Positions 28,579 to 40,586 of a stretch of 64,000 bases of DNA are shown piece after piece. The position numbers and the translations under genes are program-made. The stretch is from NCBI GenBank assembly GCA_012295275.1, contig CM022671.1, positions 3,596,001-3,660,000 of the forward strand. Reading direction: 5' to 3'. The DNA comes from Chrysomallon squamiferum. Taxonomy: Eukaryota; Animalia; Mollusca. The notes beneath the pieces were generated by a model. The model saw only the letters and a program-made list of their open reading frames with translations, made no database searches and was not told where the DNA came from. Every line of letters starts with the position of its first letter. The first letter of the stretch is position 1.

Positions 28579-29617
28579 AGTACAAAAAGTGAAAAAGCTT
28601 GTTACTGGGGACGTGAGTTGGTCTGGAGATTGCAGTGTCACATGCGGAGAAGGGACCCGAACAAGAATTTGTCTGAAGAGTTTTTTCTGTTTAGGAAAAC
28701 TCGTTAAAGAAAAATGTAAACTGAAGGACTGCGAAGGTAACTAGTCTATAAATTAACCAATGAAACAGCTGCAAACACTGAGTCAAACAATCAATGGGCC
28801 AACCATCCTAAGCCCAGAAACCAATCCAATCAAGAACCCAGCCAGCAAACCATCAACCACCCAAACGACCAATCATTCAACAAATCAACCGACCAATCAA
28901 ACGCGAACTGAATGACCACCAATCAAATAACAGATTAACCAAGTAAACGACCAGTCGACCAAACGACGAACCAACTAACCAAATAATCATCCAGATATTC
29001 AGTCATATCCAAACAAACAACCACCAACCACCAAGCAACCACTGACTCCTAACCAGTTAACCTCCTATTAGTAGATCAATTGCCAAAGAAAAGATTATCA
29101 AACAACATCCAACACACCGCTAACAACATTAACAACTCAGTGGTCGACCGATCAATGAAACTGTTAACTAATATCAACAATTTATCAATAAACCAACGTA
29201 ACATTAAACAAATAATGAGAAACAAATAAGAAAATCACTTCCTGCATCATGAGAATTAAAATGGTTCCATTCGTCTTTTTGATTTTTACAAAAGCAATAT
29301 TTCCTATTTAATTACAAGTTTGTTATTATTATTATTATTATTATTAATTTATTTAAATGTCATTTCATTATTGGAAACCCCTAAGGATTAAATTATATTA
29401 GTGATCACGTATGTGGTTTTGATGTATTCATAACTGATTTTTTCTTCTTCTAAATTCAGAATGGAATTCGTGGGGACAGTGGGGATCGTGTAGTGTAACT
29501 TGTGGAGAAGGAACAAAATTGAGAAAAAGAACATGTAAAAATGGACAAAACTGTAAAGGTGATTCTACAGAAGAGAAGAAATGTAAAGAAAAAGATTGTC
29601 CAGGTAATTTTAGTTAG

Positions 29618-29702
<85 letters not shown>

Positions 29703-30120
29703 GTCTGTCCATCTCTTTCTCTATTTAATATGTATGTTGATATATAATCTTTTCGAGACATTATTCAGCGGTTTAACACGTATAAATTACGAAAAATAAA
29801 AAATAATAATAGTGGTAGTAAAAGAGAAAAGTAAATAATTTTAACGTTAACAAAAATCAGTATAGAAAAACCTATTATTCTGCAGGTTTATGAAAAAATT
29901 GTTTGTTTAAATCCATTTATAAAAGAAGAGAGGCATTTAATGTGAAATATTTATAGAATGGAATTCCTGGTATCAGTGGGGATCGTGTAGTGTAACTTGT
30001 GGAGAAGGAACAAAAGTGAGAAAAAGAACATGTAAAAATGGACAAAACTGTAAAGGTGATTCCACAGAAGAGAAGAAATGTAAAGAAGAAGATTGTCCAG
30101 GTAATTTTACTTAGACTCTC

Positions 30121-30152
<32 letters not shown>

Positions 30153-31320
30153 ACACTATCTTTCTCATTCTTCTTCTTTAATATATGTCTAGATATATAA
30201 CCTTTTGAAAACATTATTCAACAATTTTTTACATAGAAATAATAGAAAAAAATATATAAAGTTAAAGAAAATAAAAATTAAAAAATCTAGTGAAGAGGGA
30301 GAACAAAGTATTATTCAGAAGTTATTGAAGAAAAGTATAGTTTATTTGAATACATTTTTCAAGACATATATTTCTGGATATACAACCTTTTGGAGACATT
30401 ATTCAACAACTTTTCACATACAAATAATAATTTAAACAAAAAAATTAAAAAAATAAACATTTTAAAATGAAAGAATAATAATAATAATAATAATAAAATG
30501 TGGTTAAAATAGAAAAACGTATTATTCAGAAGGTACTCCACAAATTTGTAATTTATTTGAATAAATTTGTCAAAATGTGTGAAATTTAATATTAAATATT
30601 TATAGAATGGAATTCGTGGGGACAGTGGGGATCGTGTAGTGTAACTTGTGGAGAAGGAACAAAAGTGAGAAAAAGAACATGTAAAAATGGACAAGAGTGT
30701 AAAGGTGATTCTACAGAAGAGAAGAAATGTAAAGAAGAAAATTGTCCAGGTAATTTTACTTAGAATGTCTCTCTCTCTCTCGCTGATTGTCTTTCTCACT
30801 CTTCATGTTTCATATAGATGGATCTATAATCTTGGGGAGACATTATTCAACAATTTTTCACATCGAAATAATACAAAAATAATAATAATGAAAAATCTGA
30901 AAGTTAAAAAAAATAAAAATTAAATAATCTAGTGAAGAGGGAAGTCAAAATATGATTCAGAAGTTATTGAAGAAAATTATAGTTTATTTGAATACATTTT
31001 TCAAGCCATTTAAATTTAAATATTTATAGAATGGAATTCGTGGGGACAGTGGGGATCGTGTAGTGTAACTTGTGGAGAAGGAACAAAAGTGAGAAAAAGA
31101 ACATGTAATGGACAAAACTGTAAAGGTGATTCTACAGAAGAGAAAAAATGTAAAGAAGGAGATTGTCCAGGTAATTTTGTTTAGAATTCCCCCCCTCTCT
31201 CATTCATTCTTCTTGTTTAATATATTTCTGGATGTATAACCTTTTGGAAATATTATTCAACAATTTTTCACGTACAAATAATTTTAAAAAAAGATAATAA
31301 TTAAAAAAAAAAAAAAAAAA

Positions 31321-31375
<55 letters not shown>

Positions 31376-31739
31376 TAATCTAACACTAACAAAAATTAGT
31401 ATATAAAAAAGAAAACTTATCCATCAGGTTATGAACTAAATTATAATTTATCTGAATGAATGTTTCAAAACAATTAACATTTAATATTAAATATTTATAG
31501 AATGGAATTCGTGGGGACAGTGGGGATCGTGTAGTGTAACTTGTGGAGAAGGAACAAAAGTTAGAAAAAGAACATGTAAAAATGGACAAAACTGTAAAGG
31601 TGATTCTACAGAAGAGAAGAAATGTAAAGAAGGAGATTGTCCAGGTAATTTTGTTTAGAATTTGCCTCTGCCTGATATATATATATTTATGGATATATTA
31701 CCTCTTTTGGTGACATTGTTCAACAATTTATCATTTACA

Positions 31740-31776
<37 letters not shown>

Positions 31777-32941
31777 GTAAAATAATCTGACACTAACAAA
31801 AATTCGTATATAAAAAAGAAAACTTATCCATCAGGTTATGAACAAAATTCTCATTTATTTGAATGAATGTTTCAAGACAATGAACATTTGATATTAAATA
31901 TTTATAGAATGGAATTCATGGGGACAGTGGGGATCGTGTAGTGTAACTTGTGGAGAAGGAACAAAAGTGAGAAAAAGAACATGTAAAAATGGACAAAACT
32001 GTAAAGGTGATTCTACAGAAGAGAAGAAATGTCAAGAAGGAGATTGTCCAGGTAATTTTAGTTAGAATCTCTCTTTCTCTCTCATTATTCTTGTTTAAAA
32101 TATTTCTGGATATATAACCTTTTGGAGACATTATTCAACAACTTTTCACATACAAATAATAATAATAAAAGAATAATAATAAACGTTTTAAACTGAAAAA
32201 AGAATAATAGTAATAAAATCTGGTTAAAATACAAAAACATATTATTCAGACGGTACTCCACAAATTTGTACTTTATTTGAATACATTTTTCAAGACGTGT
32301 GACATCTATAATTCAATATTTATAGAATGGAATTCATGGGGTCAGTGGGGATCCTGTAGTGTAACTTGTGGAGAAGGAACAAAAATGAGAAAAAGAACAT
32401 GTAAAAATGGACAAAACTGTAAAGGTGATTCTACAGAAGAGAAGAAATGTGAAAAAGGAGACTGTCCAGGTAATTTTAGTAACAATTTTTGTATCTCTCC
32501 CTCTCTGTCTAGGTCTCATCATCTCTCTGTTTTGTCCCATCTCTCTCCCTTTCTTTTTCTAAGAATGTTTATGATATATTATCTGGGTTTATATCCTTCT
32601 GGAGACATTATCAAATAGAAATAATAAAAGAATAGAGTAAAATATTCTAATACTATAAAAACTGGTACAGAAGGAATACAAATTATTATTCTGCAGGTTA
32701 TCAACATAAATCTAGTTTACTGGAATTAATTTTTTCAGGATATGTAACATTTGATATTAAATATTTATAGAATGGAATTCGTGGGGACAGTGGGGATCGT
32801 GTAGTGTAACTTGTGGAGAAGGAACAAAAGTGAGAAAAAGAACATGTAAAAATGGACAAAACTGTAAAGGTGATTCTACAGAAGAGAAGAAATGTAAAGA
32901 AGGAGATTGTCCAGGTAGTTTTGTTTAGAATTTGACTCTGC

Positions 32942-32977
<36 letters not shown>

Positions 32978-33069
32978 TGGATATATAACCTCTTTTGGAG
33001 GCATTGTTTAACAATTTATCATTTACAAATAATAATAATAAAAAATAAAATAAAATAAAATAAAAAATA

Positions 33070-33112
<43 letters not shown>

Positions 33113-33911
33113 TTAAAAGTAAAATAATATAACACTAACAAAAATTCGTATATATAAAAGAAAACTTATCCATCAGGTTATGAACAAAATTATAATTTAT
33201 TTGAATGAGTATTTGATATTAAATATTTATAGAATGGAATTCGTGGGGACAGTGGGGATCGTGTAGTGTAACTTGTGGAGAAGGAACAAAAGTGAGAAAA
33301 AGAACATGTAAAAATGGACAAAACTGTAAAGGTGATTCTACAGAAGAGAAGAAATGTAAAGAAGAAGATTGTCCAGGTAATTTTTGTTAGAATCTCTCTC
33401 TCTCTCTCTGATTGTCTGTCCATCTCGTTCTCTATTTAATATGTATGTTGATATATAATCTTTTCGAGACATTATTCAGCGGTTTATCACATATAAATTA
33501 TTAAAAAAATAAAAATAAAAATAGAAGTAGTAAAAGAAAAAGGTAAATCATTTTAACATTATCAAAAATTGGTGTAGAAGAAATCTATTATTCTGCAGTT
33601 TATGAAAAAATAAACAGTGTGTTTGAATCCATTTATAAAAGATGAGTGACATTTAATATTAAATATTTATAGAATGGAATTCATGGGGACAGTGGGGATC
33701 GTGCAGTGTAACTTGTGGAGAAGGAACAAAAGTTAGAAAAAGAACATGTAAAAATGGACAAAACTGTAAAGGTGATTCTACAGAAGAGAAGAAATGTAAA
33801 GAAGGAGACTGTCCAGGTAATTTTGTTTAGAATTTGCCTCTGCCTTATATATATATATTTATGGATATATTACCTCTTTTGGTGACATTGTTCAACAATT
33901 TATCATTTACA

Positions 33912-33993
<82 letters not shown>

Positions 33994-35306
33994 GTAAAAT
34001 AATCTGACACTAACAAAAATTCGTATATAAAAAAGAAAACTTATCCATCAGGTTATGAACAAAATTCTCATTTATTTGAATGAATGTTTCAAGACAATGA
34101 ACATTTGATATTAAATATTTATAGAATGGAATTCATGGGGACAGTGGGGATCGTGTAGTGTAACTTGTGGAGAAGGAACAAAAGTGAGAAAAAGAACATG
34201 TAAAAATGGACAAAACTGTAAAGGTGATTCTACAGAAGAGAAGAAATGTCAAGAAGGAGATTGTCCAGGTAATTTTAGTTAGAATCTCTCTTTCTCTCTC
34301 ATTATTCTTGTTTAAAATATTTCTGGATATATAACCTTTTGGAGACATTATTCAACAACTTTTCACATACAAATAATAATAATAAAAGAATAATAATAAA
34401 CGTTTTAAAATGAAAAAAGAATAATAATAATAAAATGTGGTTAAAATACAAAAACGTATTATTCAGAAGGTACTCCACAAATTTGTATTTTATTTGAATA
34501 AATTTTTCAAGACGTGTGACATTTAAAATTAAATATTTATAGAATGGAATTCGTGGGGACAGTGGGGATCGTGTAGTGTAACTTGTGGAGAAGGAACAAA
34601 AGTGAGAAAAAGAACATGTAAAATGGACAAAACTGTAAAGGTGATTCTACAGAAGAGAAGAAATGTAAAGAAGAAGACTGTCCAGGTAATTTTAGTTAGA
34701 ATAATAATAATAATGTGGTTAAAATACAAAAATGTATTATTCAGAAGGTACTCCACAAATTTGTATTTTATTTGAATACATTTTTCAAGACGTGTGACAT
34801 CTATAATTCAATATTTATAGAATGGAATTTATGGGGACAGTGGGGATCGTGTAGTGTAACTTGTGGAGAAGGAATAAAAATGAGAAAAAGAACATGTAAA
34901 AATGGACAAAACTGTAAAGGTGATTCTACAGAAGAGAAGAAATGTAAAGAAGGAGACTGTCCAGGTAATTTTAGTAACAATTTTTGTATCTCTCCCTCTC
35001 TGTCTCGGTCTCATCATCTCTCTGTTTTGTCCCATCTCTCTCCCTTTCTTTTTCTAAGAATGTTTATGATATATTATCTGGGTTTATATCCTTCTGGAGA
35101 CATTATCAAATAGAAATAATAAAAGAATAGAGTAAAATATTCTAATACTATAAAAACTGGTACAGAAGGAATACAAATTATTATTCTGCAGGTTATCAAC
35201 ATAAATATAGTTTACTGGAATTAATTTTTTAAAGAAATGTAACCATTAATATTAAATATATATATAACCTCTTTTGGAGGCATTGTTTAAGAATTTATCA
35301 TTTATA

Positions 35307-35352
<46 letters not shown>

Positions 35353-36666
35353 GTAAAATAATCTAACTCTAACAAAAATTCGTATATAGAAAAGAAAACT
35401 TATCCATCAGGTTATGAACAAAATTATAATTCATTTGAATGAATGTTTCAAGACAATTAACATTTAATATCAAATATTTATAGAATGGAATTCGTGGGGA
35501 CAGTGGGGATCGTGCAGTGTAACTTGTGGAGAAGGAACAAAAGTGAGAAAAAGAACATGTAAAAATGGACAAAACTGTAAAGGTGATTCTATAGAAGAGA
35601 AGAAATGTCAAGAAGGAGATTGTCCAGGTAATTTTAGTTAGAATCTCTCTTTCTCTCTCATTATTCTTGTTTAAAATATTTCTGGATATATAACCTTTTG
35701 GAGACATTATTCAACAACTTTTCACATACAAATAATAATAATAAAAGAATAATAATAAACGTTTTAAAATGAAAAAAGAATAATAATAATAAAATGTGGT
35801 TAAAATACAAAAACGTATTATTCAGAAGGTACTCCACAAATTTGTATTTTATTTGAATAAATATTTCAAGACGTGTGACATTTAAAATTAAATATTTATA
35901 GAATGGAATTCGTGGGGACAGTGGGGATCGTGTAGTGTAACTTGTGGAGAAGGAACAAAAGTGAGAAAAAGAACATGTAAAAATGGACAAAACTGTAAAG
36001 GTGATTCTACAGAAGAGAAGAAATGTAAAGAAGAAGACTGTCCAGGTAATTTTAGTTAGAATAATAATAATAATGTGGTTAAAATACAAAAATGTATTAT
36101 TCAGAAGGTACTCCACAAATTTGTATTTTATTTGAATACATTTTTCAAGACGTGTGACATCTATAATTCAATATTTATAGAATGGAATTTATGGGGACAG
36201 TGGGGATCGTGTAGTGTAACTTGTGGAGAAGGAATAAAAATGAGAAAAAGAACATGTAAAAATGGACAAAACTGTAAAGGTGATTCTACAGAAGAGAAGA
36301 AATGTAAAGAAGGAGACTGTCCAGGTAATTTTAGTAACAATTTTTGTATCTCTCCCTCTCTGTCTCGGTCTCATCATCTCTCTGTTTTGTCCCATCTCTC
36401 TCCCTTTCTTTTTCTAAGAATGTTTATGATATATTATCTGGGTTTATATCCTTCTGGAGACATTATCAAATAGAAATAATAAAATAATAGAGTAAAATAT
36501 TCTAATACTATAAAAACTGGTACAGAAGGAATACAAATTATTATTCTGCAGGTTATCAACATAAATATAGTTTACTGGAATTAATTTTTTAAAGAAATGT
36601 AACCATTAATATTAAATATATATATAACCTCTTTTGGAGGCATTGTTTAAGAATTTATCATTTATA

Positions 36667-36724
<58 letters not shown>

Positions 36725-37010
36725 GTAAAATAATCTAACTCTAACAAAAATTCGTATATAGAAAAGAAAACTTATCCATCAGGTTATGAACAAAATTATA
36801 ATTTATTTGAATGAATGTTTCAAGACAATTAACATTTAATATCAAATATTTATAGAATGGAATTCATGGGGACAGTGGGGATCGTGCAGTGTAACTTGTG
36901 GAGAAGGAACAAAAGTGAGAAAAAGAACATGTAAAAATGGACAAAACTGTAAAGGTGATTATGTAGAGAAGAGGAAGTGTAAAGAAAAAGACTGTTCAGG
37001 TAATTTTTGT

Positions 37011-37089
<79 letters not shown>

Positions 37090-38245
37090 TCTTGACGTCA
37101 TCGGTCCAGGACGGAGTGATTTGCTCTATATTTTTCTTTACCACTGATAGAAGCATTTATTAGTGCGCTGTATATTCGTATGCTGCAGTCATGAAGAAAT
37201 AAAATGGCGGCGTTGAAATGTTTTGTGACGACATTATTTTGCTGTCAGTTTGTCATTAAGGAAGACCGTTCATCTAAAACAATAAAACAAGAATTTGGAA
37301 GTAATAATCATTTTGAAAAATTATATACAGCTCACAGGAACCATAATTTAATAGTGCTACAACAGGGATGTTGGCAGACATACTCTGCAGTGTTCTCTGC
37401 ACTGAGAGAAGATACCAATATTTAAAAAAAAGAATCATAACCAAAAAGGGCCCTTCGCAAATTTGAGGGAGGTCCCGATCCCTTGGACCACCCCTCTAGC
37501 TCCACCCCATGTTTATGTTTTCAGACAAGAAATTTTGGGGACCATGGGGCTCCTGTAGTGTAAAGTGTGGAGAAGGGATTCAGAACAGAAGAAAAGTTTG
37601 TGAAAACTGTGAAAAAAACACTGAGAAAAGAGAATGCAAAATAGAATGCCAAGGTAAGGTCATTAGTTATATATCAGTTTGTTTTATTCTGACGTACTGT
37701 TACATAAAATCTATTTGTTTTATTAGTAAGCATGCATTTTAGATAGAAAAGCAAAATAATTTTATTATGGATGTTGGTACAGTAATACAAAAAAAATGGG
37801 GGAGTTGGAACGGGAAATAGCCCATCGGAGCATTGAAATGGATTGATCACGTGTAGAAGTCATTATCTATTTATTATCTAGCTTTATTAATGGACTTCAT
37901 CCGTTATTTACTACATTTCAGATATCTATAGTTTTATTATTATTATTATTATTAATTTTATTATTGATGTTGTTACTGCTGCTGCTGTTATTGTTGTTAT
38001 TTTTATTGTTTCTGTTGTTGTTGACGTTGTTGTTGTTCTTTTTCTTGTAGTTGTTAACATGTATTAAAATTACTGTTTATGTTGTAGTGAAAGGCGTGAA
38101 GGAGGAGCCATGCAGTCCTGGATGTAGCGAAGGCAAAAAATTCATCATGAGAAAATGTAAAAAACATGAAAAATGCCACGGCTGGGTCACAGAGAAAACA
38201 AAATGTGACGAACGCAGATGTCCAGGTATTGTGACTTCGAGTATT

Positions 38246-38318
<73 letters not shown>

Positions 38319-38897
38319 AAAATAAATTAATAATAATAAAATTTAATAATAATAATAATAATAATAATGATAATAAAAATAATAAAATTAACATTACTAA
38401 AATAACAATATTTCAGAAATACCGCGCATGTCATGGACCCCCTGGAGTCAATGCTCGGTCACGTGCGGAAAGGGAACCAGAGTGAGGACACAAATATGTC
38501 AGTTCCGGAACGGCACGGTATCTGACGTCTGCAAGGAAAAACGCGTGAGACAGAAAAGACGTAAAAAATGTCTTGTTCTTTGTCCAGGTAAAAAGATTAT
38601 AAATTTTATTATATTTATTTATTTATTTATTTATTTATACCAAGAAAAATAATTTTCAAACTTATTTACCGATATCTTTTGACACAAATTATCATATAGC
38701 TTAATGATAAAAGCACTCAACTATATATAAAAAAATTATTCCTTTGTCCGTTGGGCTTTTTCCCGTTCCAGACAATAACAAACGTACATTACTAGGCAAA
38801 TTTCCATATAATTAGTTTATCAAAGATCGTGGTACATGCTCTGCTGTCTGTCTGAAAGTGCAATGATATTAAGTAGCCAAGAAATGTTCCTCTCTTT

Positions 38898-38935
<38 letters not shown>

Positions 38936-39744
38936 ATACACACATACACACACCATGACTGTAATTAGACACTTTCTAAAATGAGGCGAAAACACTTAAT
39001 CGCCGAACGGAGCGGGGCATAAAAATTTGGGCGAGGGGTCTGGGGGCTACAAACGGTGGATTCATTCAGTGGATATCGTTTCCATCGGAATAGAGATTTA
39101 TATTTTTTAAATAAAATCTTTGTATAAAAGAAATCGTCAGTTATGGTATGAGATATTTTCCTCATCTGCCACACAGACACACATACACATATACACACAC
39201 ATACATATATAATATTGTCTATATCTTTTATACAGTTATTAAACAGTGTCATTAAACAAATATTAATTCACTTATTCATTCATTCATTCATTCACTGGTA
39301 TGAACATTTATCATTTTACTTCTTATTCACACTCAAGAACAATAATTCTTTACAGATGTCGCTGACATACGTAAACTTCTGGAAAAATCTCCACACGACA
39401 AAGATTTGATGCGTATCGAGAAGAAAATGTCCAACAAGAAACTGAAAGAAGAGATTTTCAGCGCTAAAGAGATGGACGACACTGTTGTCACGGGTAACGA
39501 GTTTTCTATCAGTGGCGTCAGTCAGTGGGAGGTGGATCGACCTCTCACGTGCGCGGTCAAGTGCTTACAAATGGGTGGCGCGTGCAGATCGTTTAATTAC
39601 AAGAAGAAGAACGGAACAGAAGCGACCTCTGTGTGTACTATGAATAGCGTATCAAGCGAGGATGCCGTGAAGAAGAATGCTTTGGAACCGATGGATGGAT
39701 GGAAACTATTTGATTTAATTATGTTTTTTGACGTGGATGTGTAA
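24404..39744 (+). CDS. Secreted TSP1-repeat protein: signal peptide + 23 single-exon TSP1-like modules + C-terminal PAN/apple-like domain (~1264 aa if all exons are used and one 1-bp indel is repaired)
   Basis: Signal exon 24404-24482 ([26 protein letters not shown]). Phase 1-1 TSP1 exons: 26982-27125, 27986-28129, 28581-28736, 29460-29603, 29957-30100, 30606-30749, 31030-31170, 31501-31644, 31908-32051, 32326-32469, 32771-32914, 33233-33376, 33673-33816, 34125-34268, 34543-34685 (143 bp, frameshifted), 34821-34964, 35484-35627, 35902-36045, 36181-36324, 36856-36999, 37525-37653, 38088-38225, 38417-38587. Last exon 39356-39744 ([21 protein letters not shown]). Consensus module [48 protein letters not shown]. 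Confidence 0.88.
27986..37090 (+). repeat. Tandem exon-intron duplication array (144-bp TSP1 exon plus related intron)
   Basis: 18 near-identical exons. Introns share a post-donor (CT)n, an atatataaccttttggagacattattcaacaa-like core, (AAT)n and an aatatttatag acceptor. Block 34125-35483 is duplicated as 35484-36855. Confidence 0.95.
28750..29210. repeat. Degenerate (AACC)n-like low-complexity tract
   Basis: Repeated aacc/caacc/accaa words. Confidence 0.7.
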
Positions 39745-40052
39745 ACTTTAGGTAGGAAGATTGTTGTGTGAGTATACAAACAGAAAGCATTACAAACGAA
39801 GCCATCTTTGATATAAATATAGAAACAGAAAACGTTACGAATGAAACTTCTTTTATGTGGATAATTATATGAACTGAAAACGTAACAAATGATATATCTT
39901 TTATGTAAATATTTAATAGAAAATATTATAATTATTTCATTTTGTATCCAAAAATATAAACAGAAAATAATATGAGTCTGTATTTTAAAATTATTTAACA
40001 AAAAATTTAAATACATGGAGCCGGGGAGTAGTTATTGTCAGGTATTAATATA

Positions 40053-40586
40053 CAGTGGTACCTGGACTTACGAGTGCCTCAACTTACGAGTTTTTCGATT
40101 ACGAGCGGTCTATTTCTTGCTTAGAGTTGAAAGCCAAATTCGAGTTACGAGCGAGCTTCAGCTACGCCGCCGCTAGTTGGCACAACGATCAACATAACAT
40201 CCGGCCAGCATCCCGCGTCTCGCTCGTTTACTTCACGTGGTTACCTCGCCGCGGAATCATCTCTGTTGTGTTGTGCTCGCGTTTTGTGTAGTATTTTGCC
40301 AAATTTCTTTATTCTGGCCATGGATCCTAAGAAAGTGAGTGCAGAGGACAGTGCTGAGAAGAAGAAGCGGATGATGTCAATTGAATTAAATCCATTCAAA
40401 AACACGTTATTAAAAAACAAAGAAACAAAAAAAAACCCGGAAAAATTGGCGTGGTTTATGGAGGTCTGGAACGGATTAATGGTATTTCAATTAATATCAT
40501 TTGGGAAAATTGATTTGATATATGAGCAAATTGACATACGAGCTCGATCATGAAACGAATTAAACTCGTAAGTCAAGGTACGACTG
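40053..40586 (+). mobile_element. Non-autonomous Tigger/pogo-like (Tc1/mariner superfamily) DNA transposon, internally deleted
   Basis: TIRs CAGTGGTACCTGGACTTACGAG (40053) and reverse-complemented CAGTCGTACCTTGACTTACGAG (ending 40586); TA on the left, TG(TA) on the right; truncated transposase N-terminus MDPKKVSAEDSAEKKKRMMSIEL from ATG 40320, resembling TIGD1/Tigger-type starts. Confidence 0.85.

Noticed and set aside
29456-37101. Recurring minus-strand ORFs ([28 protein letters not shown]..) and long plus-strand ORFs running through introns
   Set aside because: Antisense shadows or intron read-through of the TSP1 exons; splice signals and domain motifs support only the 144-bp plus-strand exons.
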